From Camelus dromedarius (lineage: Eukaryota): 64,000 nt of DNA. The notes below the pieces were generated by a model. The model saw nothing but the letters and a program-made list of their open reading frames with translations, was not told the DNA's origin and ran no database searches. The stretch covers positions 47,370,001-47,434,000 of the forward strand of contig NC_087437.1 in assembly GCF_036321535.1 (NCBI RefSeq). The letters run 5' to 3'. Below are positions 25,701 through 39,170 of the stretch, in pieces. The translations under genes were made by a program, and so were the position numbers. Numbering within the stretch: the stretch's first letter is position 1; each line of letters starts with the position of its first letter.

Positions 25701-27299
25701 TTCCACAATTTTTTAATGGTTTCAGTCATAATTCCTGCCAAGTTTTGTATGGGCATGAGGGCATACGGCATTAAAAAAAAAAAAAAAAAAACAGGCATAT
25801 AGCTTCTACTTTTTGCATTCCATTGGTTCCAGGCTTCCATATAGGGTATCCTTCAGCTGGGAGCTAGCTCATCCCCAAACCTCTCTCCTTTCTTCTTAGG
25901 AGGTGGTAAATAGTTTCAAAATGTTAACAAGACCAAAGAAGTGTCATGAAATAGAGTTATTTAGAGAGAGTAGACTTCTCCCTAAAGAAATTCAAAGTAT
26001 AACTTTAGACTGCCCTATGGCCAGGAAGCCTTATGTTTCCAAGCTACCCTGAATCTTGAGTATTAGAGACTCTGCAAAAAGGAGAAGATGGTAGGAGGTA
26101 AGTACTCCGTAATTCACACTTTTTCTAGAATTGGATTGATAATGCCAAACAAGGAATGCTAGGTAAGTACTAAACAGCAGATCTGAGGTAGTGATAAACT
26201 TAAGAAACTTCAACTGAGGCTTTGATATGAAAAGATGAACCTAACAGACTGATGTTCCTCCATCCAAAAATTGATCGAAAAAACTCACAATAATAATGAC
26301 AAGACTAAATAACATTTACCTGTCCGTTGGCCTAGCTTCCAAAAGACCAGAGGACACAGCCAACAACTCAGAGTAACCTCCATTAACAGAATGAGACACT
26401 GAAAAAGCTACTAGTTTTGTGAGGCAGATGTATCTCTTTTATGTCACCTCAGGAACAGCATTAATCTTTTTGCTTTGTGTAAAAGATTCAGAATTGCTTT
26501 CTGAGTGACTATTTCACAAAAATTCCAGGGAGATAAAGCCTTTCACCTCTAGCTGCCCAGCCTGAATCAGTAGTGCCTGAAATTTACTACCACTTAAAAG
26601 CCAAGTGTTGACCTGTGTGAAATGAAAGGTTACATAATATAATGCAACAGAGGCAGGTTTCAACAGCTCAGGGTGACATCTGAGTCGACGCACATGGAAC
26701 AGCTCGAAGGCATGGAAAGGGTTAAATGGCTCCGGCCGGGTACTTATTTCTAAAACACCAGAATAAAATTTGACAGGCCGTAATTACAAAGTAGATGCAC
26801 AGAGAAGGATTATTTTATGTTTCAGAGATCACATGACTCAATCCCCAAGCACCAGCTGTGCCCACACTTTGTAAAATGCTTAATACCTGAGGCCCCCTAT
26901 GCACACAGTCGCACGCTCGCTCGCTCTCCACAGCGCGCGCGCGCACACACCTCCGAAACAACCAGTTGCTCTTTTCTTCCTAGTGAGAGTACGCTCTTTC
27001 AAGATCCTCTCTCACTTGTAACATTCTGACTTTCCTGAATAATAAGGGGGGCCTTTCAGCTATTATATTACTAAGAAGAATGAATCAGGAAAAAAAGAAA
27101 ACTGCCCATCTTCATCCTTTCATTATCCTCTTGAAAAGGGGTTTCTACCTCCACATTGTGCCTCTGCATCAAAAGACCCTGATACTTATCTCATTAGGTG
27201 GGAGCTGCGAGAACGGCTGGTAGAATCCCTGAGAATAAAAACAGAATCCGGGTAATAAAGTCTAACCTTTTTCTTTTCCTCTCCGCTTTGTTTCCCTCG

Positions 27300-27610
27300 T
27301 TCACAGGGTACCGCGTGCATAGGCCTCACACCCGACGCTTCTGACCAGAGTTCCTCAAGGAGTGGCGGCAGCCTGACCCGTCAACACGCAGCGCTTCTGC
27401 ACAGGGCTCCGCAATTCAAGATGGCGCCGGCCCGCCGGGGCGTGTGCAGAGGCGCTGCGCCCGGCACTGCGACCTGGAGCGCGGGAGCCGCTCAGCCGCG
27501 GGAGCTCCGGGAGCCTCGCGAGAACTCCGCCTCTCCCCGCTGCGGAGAACGCGGTAAAGCAGCCTGCCCATGGCCTATCACCGGAGCGTGTGCTGCAGAG
27601 CTTGAACTCG
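27300..27610. promoter_or_regulatory. Small CpG island / candidate promoter
   Basis: Dense CpG in a CpG-depleted window. YY1-like CAAGATGGCG (27417-27426), BANP-type CTCGCGAGA (27515-27523), NRF1-like GCGCTGCGC (27452-27460). Further CpG clusters at ~26685-26740 and ~26910-26955. Confidence 0.7.
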
Positions 27611-28200
27611 CACATCTCCATTCTCTGATCCAAAAAGAGAGCTTTCCTTTGCTTCAGAACCGAACTTGGGGTTGTTCTGTTGGCACAAGCAGACACCAGG
27701 CAGGAGGACCCTTGTTGGAGCCGGACACAAAAGGTCAATAATACCTTGGCAGGTGGCACTGAACTAGCCCTATATTCAGACTCACCTGTTTCACTGAAAC
27801 TGTTTTTTTTAACTAAAACATTAACTTAGATTATTATCTAAAGGATCTCATGCTTTTTTTTAATAGAGTTCTAAAAGCTAAAGTTTTAAAAAGAAATTAT
27901 TTCTATATTCTGACAGAAGTATCTTCATCACAAACTAAGATTGTATAGTCCTTGTCTAAACAGAGTGGAGAGAGAGAGCGAGAGAGAAAGATAAGGAGGG
28001 AAAGGGAGAAAAGGAGAGAAAGGAGGAGAGAGTGAGAGCGATCTCCAGTATCCTTGCTGCCTGATGGTTTTCTCTGTTTGAGAAATGAAACTCATAGATG
28101 GAGGCAATCCTGGTGACCTTGGGCAATCTCACCTACCAAAACCTGAGTGCACTCTAAATCAGGGCAACTTGAAGCATAATTTAAATGATTTCCCAGATTT

Positions 28201-28693
28201 TTTTTTTATTGAAGTATAGTTTATTTACAATGTTGTGTTAGTGTCTGATGTACAGCATAGTGATTCAGTTATACATATATATATAAAGAAAATATAAAAG
28301 ATATACATATATTCTTTTTCATTGTAGGCTATTACAATGTATTGAATATAGTTCCCTGTGCTATACAGTAGGACCTTGTTGTTTATCTGTTTTATATAGT
28401 AGTTAGTACCTGCAAATCCCGAACTCCCAATTTATCCCTTCCTACCCCTTTTCCCCCCTGGGAACCGTAAGTTTGTTTTCTATGTCTGTGAGTCTGTTTC
28501 TGTTTTGTAAATAAGTTCATTTGTGTCTTTTTTTTTTTTTTGATTCCACATATAAATGATATCATATGGTATTTGTCTTCCCCTTTCTGACTCACTGCAT
28601 TTAGTATGATAATTTCTAGGTTCATCCATGTTGCTGAAAATGGCATTATTTCATTTTTACGGCTGAGTAGTATTCCATTGTGTGTGTGTGTGT

Positions 28694-28751
<58 letters not shown>

Positions 28752-29454
28752 CATCTTCATTACCCAGTCATCAGTTGATGGATGTTTAGGTTGCTTCCAT
28801 GTCTTGGCTGTCATTATAAATAGTGTTGCTATGAACATGTATATCCTTCTTTGGGGTGCATGTATCTTTCGAATTAGAGTTTCCTCCAGATATATGCCCA
28901 GGAGTGGGATTGCTGGATCATATGGTAAGTTTGCTTTTCATTTTTTAAGGAATCTCCATACTGTTTTCTATAGTGCTTGTGCCAAATTACATTCCCACCA
29001 GCAGTGTAGGAGGGTTTCCTTTTCTCCACACCCTCTCCAGTATTTATCATTTGTGGACTTTTTAATGATGGCCATTCTGACCAGTGTAAGGTGATACTTC
29101 ATTGTAGTTTTGATTTGTATTTCTCCGATAATTAGAGATATTGAGCATTTTTCATGTCCTATTGGCCATCTCCATGTCTTTATTGGAGAAATGTCAATGT
29201 CTGTTTAGGTCTTCTGCCCATTTTTGGATTAAGTTGTTTGTTTTTTGATAATGAGTTGTATGAGCTGTTTGTATATTCTGGAAATTAAGTCCTTGTCAGT
29301 TGCATCATTTGCAAATATTTTCTCACATTCCGTAGATTGTCTTTTTGTTTTGTTTATAGTTTCCTCTGCTGTGCAAAAGCTTGTAAGTTTAATTGGGTCC
29401 CGTTTGTTTATTTTTGCTTTTTATTTCTTTTGCCTTAGTAGACCAACCTACGAG
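28201..29454 (-). mobile_element. 5'-truncated cetartiodactyl-type L1 (ORF2 end and 3' UTR)
   Basis: Poly-T at ~28198 and antisense ORF2 end ([21 protein letters not shown]). Degenerate TSD TGATTTCCCAGATTT (28186-28200) and TGACTTCCCAGACTT (29455-29469). Confidence 0.92.
28679..28749. repeat. Compound (TG)n-(AC)n microsatellite inside L1
   Basis: Directly visible. Confidence 0.95.
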
Positions 29455-30794
29455 TGACTTCCCAGACTTACTTAGGTTCTAATGCTCAAATCTTCCCACA
29501 AATAGACGATCACAGTGCTCTAAGTTTACCAAAGTAAGGCATTCCCTAAAAATCTTGGGTCTGCTTCCCTACCCCCATCATAAAAGCTACACTGGAGGAA
29601 AAACTTCCATGCTACATTGACTTTGGCAAAAATTAAATTCTGTGACACTCAACACCCAACAGCTCCAGGTCCTATGATAAAAAAGGGCAACTGACTCTGA
29701 GAACCTAGACACTTTTAAGCAAGAGTTCCCCAAGAGGTGGAAGTCAACCTGGTTCCCACTTAGAATGAGGAAGACTCAGACTTCCCTGAGAAAAAAAATC
29801 CATTCTCAGAGTGTCTCACACACACTCAGCTTAGGACACTAGAATCCAGATCAATTGTTGGCTTTAAGGTCCATATCTAGTACAGTTGGTACAAATCCTG
29901 GAAAATACATGCTTCTGAACTAACATTTTTCTCCCAATCTCAGAACATTTGAAGATGTCCAGATGACTTGTTTTGTCTTGTCAGCCTGTGCCTCCACACA
30001 CTAGCCAATGAAGAAAGATCACCTGGAAATATAAAGCAATTGCTTAGCCTGCCTTCAGGAATCCTATAGCTCCACAACCCCCACTAGATGACATCCCTGG
30101 GCCTGGGCCTGCCACTGCTTGTATTGTAATGTGACATATAGTCACAGGCAAAGACCAGTGAGTTTTCTCTCCCAGTCTCTTCCCCATCTCTACAACCTAA
30201 GACCTCTGGCATCTCCACATCTCTCAGCTTAGCCAGCTCTAGGACACTGGCCTTGGGTACCCAGCCCTCCTCACTACAATTCAACCTTTCCACTTTCCAT
30301 TCACTGCATCACTCCCACATTCAAAAAAGTTCAATAGTCCTTACCAATTTTTACTAGATCAAGCTTAATTTTTCTGACTTTCAGGGTTTTTCATAAATAG
30401 TGTCATCCCACCTGGTCAGCCTGATTTATCACAATTTGGAGGGCTCTAGTCAAGCCCATTGCTTCACAATCCAGGACAGCTACCCTTGTTCCTAAGATTT
30501 TCAAAATCTGTATCCCAGAGGAAGGCTGAAATTTTTTGTCCTAGATTGGTATATTCCAGTTTGAAAACTTTGTAGTGATGTTTCAGTGATGGAGGTGATA
30601 ATTATAAACAAATCATTTTAAAGCTATTGCTTGAATTATGAATCAAGGAGAATAATTTGACTATTTAAATGTAATTAGTTTAATTAGTTATAAGAGGATG
30701 TTTCTTTTTAGATAGTGTAATAACTACCAGAATGAGTTTGCCATTTGAAATATGTGCTGGTGGGAATTAATTAAATAACCACAATAATCTTTAA

Positions 30795-30990
30795 CACAGG
30801 TGGCTCCAAAATTTTAGTCAACATCAGAATCTCTTAGAGAGCTTGTTAAAACACAGATTTCCAGGCCCCACCCCCTAGTATTTCTGAATCAGTAAATCTG
30901 TGATGGGAACAGAGAATTTCCATATCTAACAAGTCCCTAGAGGACACTGATGCTTCTGGTGGAGGGACCACAGTTTGAAACCCACTGACC
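30795..30990. mobile_element. MER5A-like hAT element
   Basis: CATCAGAATC..GAGCTTGTTAAAACACAGATT..GGCCCCACCCC..TTCTGAATCAGTA..CTAACAAGTCCC..GGGACCACAGTTTGA. Confidence 0.8.
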
Positions 30991-33129
30991 TAGTGTTTAC
31001 TATATCCCAGGCCACCTTCTACATTGTTTACCTACATTATATCATTTCATAGTTAAAAGAAAAACCTAAGAGGTTGATATTGCTAATATGCATCCTACAG
31101 TTAAAGAGGTTAAGTAACTTGCCCAGAGACACTGCTAGTAAGCAGTGGAGAAAGCATTCAAAACTAGACAATCAATTCTGGGTCCTGCATGTCTCATCAC
31201 AGGGCAATATGTATTGATTGTGAAAGTGTCATTTGAAATAAGTAAATATATTTGTTCCTCCTATGGACACAATATCTGTCTCTGATGGACAAGTAAGAGG
31301 CTACGCTAAAGCTACATTGTTCAAATGAAAATAGAACAGTCACCTAGAGCAGTTACATGAGTACTAGTCACCAGTGTCTTTCTAAAGGAAAAAAAGCTCA
31401 GCTTCCCTCCACTCCTAAGCCCTTTGGAAGGCAACCCCACATCCTCCAGAAGCTAGTGATGATTTAGACAGTTCTTCTGCAGAGAAAATCATCTACCCAA
31501 AAAAACAAAACACAGAAATAAACAAAAATTAAAAACCACTGACCTCTGCACACTTATCCAGGCTTCAGTAGTTTTTAAAGCTTCCCAGGTGATTCCAGTG
31601 CACAGCCAAGTTTGATATCAGCACTCCAAAGCACCTGCTGAATCTCTTCTCTGGCAGTACAGCTTTGACCAGGTTCATTCCATCAACCTTCTCTGCTGCA
31701 TGCATTGAGCCAGCCTCCGCCTAGCTGACACAAACATCAGTTCTCTCTCGTATTCCGTATGCCCCTCCAACATCTCTAGCCCTGTGCAGGATGTATCAGG
31801 TCTCGGAATTTGAAGATCTATGTACAATTATATAATTATTTCTGGTTATTGTGGTGGCTGAGGAGACTGGCAAGGAGAAGCTTTGTATTTATTTCAGAAA
31901 AACTCTCTCAGTAGAGGAAAATTCTAATCAGTATGAAAACATTAAGCAGATGGCACCCATCCTTTTTTAAGTCATGTTTAATATTTTCATACTAGATGTC
32001 TCCTTATGATAGATCCTGATTCTCTGGGGTGAAATGCAAAGCTTAAGACTTTCAAAAATACTTGTGAAATGCCAACAGTTTCATCTATTAATGGTGCCTT
32101 CTGGCCTTCATTTTTATGTACCATGTATATTGCATGTAGATTCTGCCCATTTCTAAAAAATAATTTGAAGCAATATATAAAGATGTATATGAGGCCAAAT
32201 AGCTGAAATAGACATAAAATAATGATCATTGATCATTAAATAGATGAGAGAACAGTGAACGAGGAATTATAAATGAGTGATACTTTCTGTCACTAAGTAT
32301 TAAATTTAGTTCTGAGCTTTGTGGCAAACAATAAAAAATAGAGAAATGTTGGCTGATGCCAATTTTATCATAGAGAAGAAGGGAGGGAAGAAGGGGAAAA
32401 GCATATTTGAAAAGACTATATCCTGGAATTAATTTCTGGGTAAATTAATAAATTAAACTTATTATCATTCTGATCCTCACCCAGGAAGACAGTTGGTCCC
32501 ATAACAATCAACATGCTTTTCAACTTTAGCTCCAACATCTTTGGAGTGTCACTCATGGCCTATGATGAATATGCAGACCATACTTATTTAAAGCATAGAG
32601 AATGATTTAAGTAGCTAATCGTCCTTCCACACTACCAAACATTAGCAAATATGGTTTTCAATTGTATGGTTTCAATTTATTGTATAAGACTATAAATTAA
32701 TGCAGCCAATTTTAGAAAAATTAGTCTTATCTCAGTGTTCCCAACTAGGAACTAGACATGTTTTCCTAGCCTCTTTCCCTCATGATTGTTTACAAAAGAG
32801 ACATTTCTGAAGTACATCAGGGTTCTATGGAATTCCTCAGTTGAAGGAACAAAATCCTTAGGTTTAGAATAGCCAGTGAATAGAAATCTTTGGTATACTA
32901 AATTGAAAATCTTTTCCAAAGAAATGAGTGAAAATTGTTCTCTATATCACTCTATGAAACATGACCAGCTTCAATAAAGTGCCTGCCTGGCATGTAACAG
33001 ATGCTTAGTATGTATTTACCTTTTTTTTTTAAGTTGAAGGTTCAATTAAGTTATTCCAGGCTGTGATATCCTGACGTCATATGCAGAAGACACAGGACAC
33101 CTAGACATATGGCTACATAGCAGAGCAGT

Positions 33130-33143
33130 CCTCTAGGTGGCAC
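33130..33143 (+). promoter_or_regulatory. Candidate CTCF site
   Basis: CCTCTAGGTGGCAC fits the CCWSYAGRKGGCRS core at every position; lies in apparently unique sequence. Confidence 0.55.
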
Positions 33144-33849
33144 TTCCAGACCCTGGCTCACATGCCCCAAAAGGTCTAAACACATCTATCTCCAAGATTA
33201 TCTACAGCTATGGGTTAGTGGACAGCTATAAAGTGAGCAGATAGCCTTCTGGTAAAATCCGCAGCAAAGTCAGACCATCTCCATGAATAAGCTCATATAC
33301 CTGCCCTGATGGTGACTTGTTTGTTTGTTTCCCAGTATTGTTTCCAAGTTACTCTAAAACATGTCTAACTTAGGCTGCCCTTCTCCTTCACTGCTGTGCA
33401 TTTACAAGGATTGATTAGTGCATCTATGCAAGGCTTAAGAGCTCAGGGTATCAAAATTAGAAGAGATGTCCTTTTATTTCCCAAAGCTGAACTACATACC
33501 ATGGAGGCACCTAGTAACAGAGAATTCACTCCCACTTGTGCCAACCCATTCCATTTCTGGAGATCTTTGGCTTTCAGAAAAATTTGAAAAGGAGCTACAA
33601 CCTATTTCCTTCTACCTGTTGGTCAAATTCCACCCATTGAGGCCATAAGAGTCTAATCACTGATGCATCTGACGATTCCTCCAACATTAAAGACAGATAT
33701 TTGTCTCCTGATTATTTTCTCTTCACAAGTTTCAGCACTTCATGAAACCTAAGCTTCCTTCCCTATAGCACAAAATTCCCTTCACTGTCTTGGTCTCTTT
33801 CCTCTGAATGCACTAAGATTGCTTCTATCTTTCTTAAAATGTAATAACT

Positions 33850-34090
33850 TTCCACAAATGGTGCTTGAACAACTGGACATCAGAATGCAAAGAAGATAAA
33901 TTAGACACCCTTCACAAAAATGTACTCAAAATCTATCATTGACCTAACTGTAAAACACAATACCATAAAACTCCTAGAAGATAATACAGGAGAATACCTA
34001 GATGGCCTTGGGTACAGCCATGACTTTTAGAGACAATACCAAAGACATGATCTATGAAAAAATCTATAAACTGGACTTGATTAAAGTTAA
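33850..34090 (+). mobile_element. L1 ORF2 fragment
   Basis: CAAATGGTGCTTGAACAACTGGACATC..ATAAAACTCCTAGAAGATAA..AAACTGGACTTGATTAAA. Confidence 0.8.
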
Positions 34091-34894
34091 TCAAGATGTG
34101 GACTCACTACTAAGGCTTCTAACTTACAACAGTAAAACTTATTCTCATGTTAGGCAGCAGAGCCTAACTTTCTTGGTGTATGAGGAGCATCTGTCCTTTA
34201 ACCTGCTCCATGAAAAACATTCCGTGGTCAAATAAGCATACACTATACACTCCTCTTAGATATTTACAACACTCATTAGCTTTGATGTTTAACAGCATTA
34301 ACACAGCATTTTCTAATTTCATTAACCCTGAAGCCTTCCACACACCAACCCTGGTACCCATCAGCATTCCACAGACCTGCAGAATGTACACGGAGGAAAA
34401 TGTTTGCCTCCTGATATTTTTTTGCCTACTTATCCTGGTACTATCACTCAGAGCTGTATTTCAAATATGTTAAAGCCTCCTCCACTCGATGGGCTTTCAA
34501 GCACTGAAGACCTCTTTCATGCTCCTCTAGAACCCTCCAGAGAGGCTGGCTACACATAAGCTGAGAGTTCTTTTCTAAAGAAAGATGGCAATGCAGGCGT
34601 AAAAGAAAGAAAAATTAAGTAGAACCCCTAGTGACTTTGGAGGCACAGATGATCTTTAAACTCTTGGATCTTTCTGGCACACTCAGAGAGTTTCACAAAA
34701 GATGCTACAACAGAGAGAAGTCTTCAGTGTCAGCAGGAGGTCCCTCAAAAAGCCCTCTGAAAAACCCAGCAATTCTCCCAGAGAAGGAGGGGTGAGATAC
34801 TTCTAGCAGTGGTTTACCAGATTAATTTATTGCCTCTGGAAAAATCACTTTTGGAGGCAGTACCAGTTACCTTCTCCTACTCTAAAGACCCAAG

Positions 34895-35025
34895 GAAAAA
34901 AAAGAAAGGAAGGAAGAAAGAAAGGAGGAAAGCAAGATAGAAAGAGAGAGGGAGGAAGGGAGAGAAGGAGGAAGGAAGAAAGAGAAAGAAGGAAGGAAGG
35001 AAAGAAGGGAGGGAGGGAGGAAGGA
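34895..35025. repeat. GA-rich (GGAA/GAAA) simple repeat
   Basis: Directly visible polypurine tract. Confidence 0.9.
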
Positions 35026-36129
35026 CGGACCTCATTACTATTCAGGTTGGGCTGAACATTTCCAAAGGTTGTTTAATGAAACGGAATATTTCAAAGAAGG
35101 GTGAACTGGCCAACTCTAAAAACCTTTTTATTCAATTAATGAAAAGGAACGCTGAATTGCATGGCATGAGCAAAGTCTTTTTCTCATGCTAAACAGAAAT
35201 GTGTTTGGGGAGAAAAAAATCTGCCAGGGTTTTCTTCTGTCTTTGTAGATTTTTGCCGTAGCTGCTCTGAGAAAAGAAATTTCTAAAACCGTGGGTAGCT
35301 TTGCTACTTTTTCAAGAGGTGCAAAGCAATGGGGAGAAAAAAAAACATGCGCTTTATAAATGAAGGGAAGTTTTAGATACGAAATATAGCTTAGAATTCC
35401 AATTGGACACACTCTCCAGACCTGTGCAGAGCTTTTACAAAGCTTTTGATGGATTAGTTCTATAGGTAACATAACTCAAAACACATGAGGTAGGGCATAT
35501 GCTAGTAAAATTTCTTGAAATAACTTTGTATCTGAAGGCAGGATTCTTTCCTTTGAGAATAACAAGAAGTGCAGGTTAACTATAAGAAATAAAAGACCAT
35601 TTGAACTTCTTTTAGACTTTACCCTGCAGCAAACTAAATAAAACTAAATATTTAATGAAATATCAGTCTAAGCCCAACCAATGCAAGCAGAAAAATGCCA
35701 AGATGGTTTTTAAACTTAATCCTTAACCCTAGGTCACTCACCCAGGGATATTGCTAATAGTGTGATAAGTGAAGCAGAGGAAAAACTAAATTCCGGGGCA
35801 GTCAAAGCTCATACATACTTAAAGCTGCAATACCGCATCAATACATTTTAACCAACCATAGGCAGCACTGACCAGAAAAGTTTGACTATGCAGTGGGTGG
35901 GTGAAGACGAAGCAGTATATTGGATTTATACTGTGAATTGTTAGTATAAGAAGATCTGACATTTTTCATATTATGCTTTGGGGGCAAAGCATTAAAATTA
36001 AAATAACAGAAAAGCAAAACAAACAAGTAAAAAACTTCATACCCATCTAACACCCAGTAGGCAGAGGGGAGGAGAGTAGTCGTTATTAATGACCTATTAT
36101 ATAAAGCTCTCACATGATTTCTTCCCTAG

Positions 36130-36860
36130 GATTAATGAAAGAGCCTCTTACACAGGACTCCTTGCCAACACTCCAGCCCACTATAATCTATCTTTTATAC
36201 CACAGCCAGTAGGATCTTACAGACCTGACCATAATCACTTCTGTGCCTGAAGATCCTTGTTGGCATCCTGCTGCCTGGGAGTCAAGTACCAACTTACTGG
36301 TTTGGCATTAAAGTCCTTCTCAGTTTCCCCTTGTCCCACTTCTCCAGCCTGGACACTTGCCATGTTGCCCTCTCCTCTGTTCTCACCATTCATCCAATGC
36401 TCCATGACATGAACTTTTTATTTTATGCCCATACCTGAGCTTTCATATCAATCTTTTTCTCCTCTTAGCCCTCCCTCCAAGCCCTCCCGGGGGATTCACT
36501 CATTGATCCAAACTCTGTTCATGTCATCATTTCTATAGAGCTTTTCCTGGCTCTCCTGGGCCAAATTAATTGCTTCCCTCCTGTACCCCAGAGTATCCTT
36601 GTTCTAAATAATAATAGATGAAAATCATTAAGTACTTACTATAGGCCAGGTGCTGTTCTATGCACTTTTATTCAATTTAATCCTTATTTAATCTTCACAA
36701 CCCTATGAGGCCAGTACTATTATTACTATCCACATTTTTCAAATGAAAAAAAAAAAAAAAGCACAAGAGGCTGAGTGTTTTGACAGGTCATTCAGCCAGT
36801 GAGTGGCAGATACAGGGTTCTAACACAGGCAGCCTGGGCCCATGGCATTCACTCTTGACA
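36130..36860. mobile_element. L2 fragment followed by MIR
   Basis: L2-like CACAGCCAG..GATCTT..CTGACCAT at 36.2 kb. MIR (-) CCAGGTGCTGTTCTA..TTTAATCTTCACAACCCTATGAGG..TACTATTATT at 36.62-36.86 kb. Confidence 0.6.
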
Positions 36861-38639
36861 ACACCACCCCACCACAAAGACTGAGACTCCTGGGACCAGC
36901 TGGGAGGAGACCAGGGCTCAGCCAGGCCAAAGGGGTTCCCCAAGTCAGGGGCCAGTTAAGATTGCTTCTCACTAAAACTGAGAAAATAAGCAGGGCTAAG
37001 CATTGAGGAGAAAGGCAAGCCAAGCAAACCAGAGAAGAGACTACAGGTTCGCCAAACCAAGGGAGAAGTGCAGAGGTCAGAAGCTGAGCTCTAAAATCAA
37101 AGATCAGCAAGCTGGGGACCAGGCTGGTTCCAAAAGCAGGGAAATGCCTTACTCACCCTTTGTCCCCACAGTTGAGCCCCATAAATTTCCTTTGTTTGAA
37201 AAGGTATAAATAAATCTAGCTATCAATATGCTTGAAACTTCTTGCGAGAGAACCAGGCTCATCTAGAGAGTTGTTTATCCCCTAACTCGGAATTTTGGGG
37301 GTCAAACCTTGAGGTGGTCCTGCATCAGAGGGATGTGGCTTACCCAGCCACACAGCAGACCCCAAAAATAACATCTTGTTTATAGGACTGAAGCCTTTGG
37401 TTATAAAGCACAGACTACTGACTCGTAACTAACACCAGCTTACCTGTCATTTGTTCATAATTCGTTTTTCATTTCAGGTCAGAACACACTGAAATATGCT
37501 CAGTACTAATTTTTCTTCCCTAAAATGCCCCAGTCTCTGCAAAACTGCTTTTTTCTGCAGGGATTTAAAGGAGACGGAGCAAATTTTTTCAGAACTCAAG
37601 TGCTTTCTCCACACTAGAACTTTCCTTTGTCAACCTTACTGGAAGTGAGTTCTCTCTCATCTGATCTTCTACAGAGATTTAGTCCTGACTGGTTGTAATT
37701 ATGTTCATTTCCCAGGGCAGCTACCACTAATATTAGTAACTATCATCTATTTTCTTGAGAACTTGCTGTGTGCTTTTACACATATTCTCATTTCACACCA
37801 TGTGAAAGAGTTATTCTAATCCCCATTGTACAAATGAGGAAACTGAGACACAGGAGTATTCACACACTAGTAAGAAAGAGAACTATTAATACCAAGTCTG
37901 ACTGCACCAAACAGCAGTGCTACTGTACATTTCCCAGCCTCCATGCAATTAGGCTGGGGTCATGCAACCAATGCACTGTGAGCAAAACAAATTATGAGCA
38001 GATGACAATGATGTGTGTTACGTCTGAGCTAAAGCATTTAAGAGTGTCAACCCTGGAAGCCAAGCCATTCTCCAAAACAGAGAAATCCTGGATCCATGTG
38101 ATACTACATAGAAGAGAATTGTAGTGAGGACTCCTGAGACGCACTTCAAACTTTTCAAAAGCAAAAAACAAACTTTAGTTGTGTTAATCCCCTGAGACTT
38201 CAGAGATTTTTATGGGTTTATTGTTGTTCACAGCACACGTATAGAACCAGTGTCATGAGGGATTCCACAGACTGGCTTGGAGCAAAAGAAGAAGCAGGTG
38301 AACTGCAGAAGGGCTGTGACATTATTCTGCTCCAATAAAATCTTTCCCTTTCTTGCCACTCACATTAAATTTACATCCTGGATGCAACTTTAATAAATAT
38401 CATGATACACCAAAGGTTGCCGTACATTGGAATTCCAGGCTTCATAACAAAGAAAGATTTTAAAGAACCACAGAATAACCTTTAGAAGAAGCACATGTTC
38501 TGTCATGTATTTCAGGTAGTTTTGACTTATTCTTGGTAGACTAAACAAGTGAATTTCCTTCTCTCAGTCCTTTTGAATTTAGTCATCTTCCTCTCCACTG
38601 TCCTACCAATGCATTAGCCAAAATGATAAATATGCTCTC

Positions 38640-39170
38640 ATTCCAGCAGTGTTAAAGTAGGAAACAGTAAATGTGCTCACATTCCTCCCAGCAATTTCAC
38701 CCTAGTAATTTACACTACTCACACAAATTCAAACATATAAACATATACACTTGTGACAGCATTCTTTATAATAGTGAAAAACTGGAGACAACCTGAATGT
38801 CCATCAACAGCAGACTGGTTATATTGTGATATTTTCCTACAAAGGAATTTATAGTCTTTAAAATGATTTTGTGCCGCTAGATTTATTGACAAGCAGACAT
38901 CTATGTCAGGTTTGTGAGTGAAAATTTAAATTATAAAAATATCTGTATTGTGATTCTATTTATGCAAAACTGTCTGCCTTTGTGTGTATGTATTTTTTGT
39001 TTGTGAATAGAGAGGGCTTAAAGGATATACTCCAAAATGTTCATAGCAGTTCTGTCTTCTGAGTAGGTTTTAGAGTATCCGTCTCCTCTCTCCTATGCTT
39101 TTCTATACTGCTTCAATTGTAAAATATTCGTATAGTATATTTATAATCATAAAAATAATAAAACTGCTTT
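38640..39170 (+). mobile_element. Old L1ME-like 3' end
   Basis: CCCAGCAATTTCAC..TTTATAATAGTGAAAAACTGGAGACAACCTGAATGTCCATCAACAG. Confidence 0.7.

Noticed and set aside
27355..27759. 106-aa and 134-aa ORFs over the CpG island
   Set aside because: GC-rich sequence is stop-poor, there is no recognisable domain, and the ATG is part of the YY1-like motif.
27745..27760. Second CTCF-like motif TTGGCAGGTGGCAC
   Set aside because: Lacks the conserved 5' CC of the core.
28392..29094. ORFs with CV and HT repeats
   Set aside because: L1 sequence plus (TG)/(CA) microsatellite.
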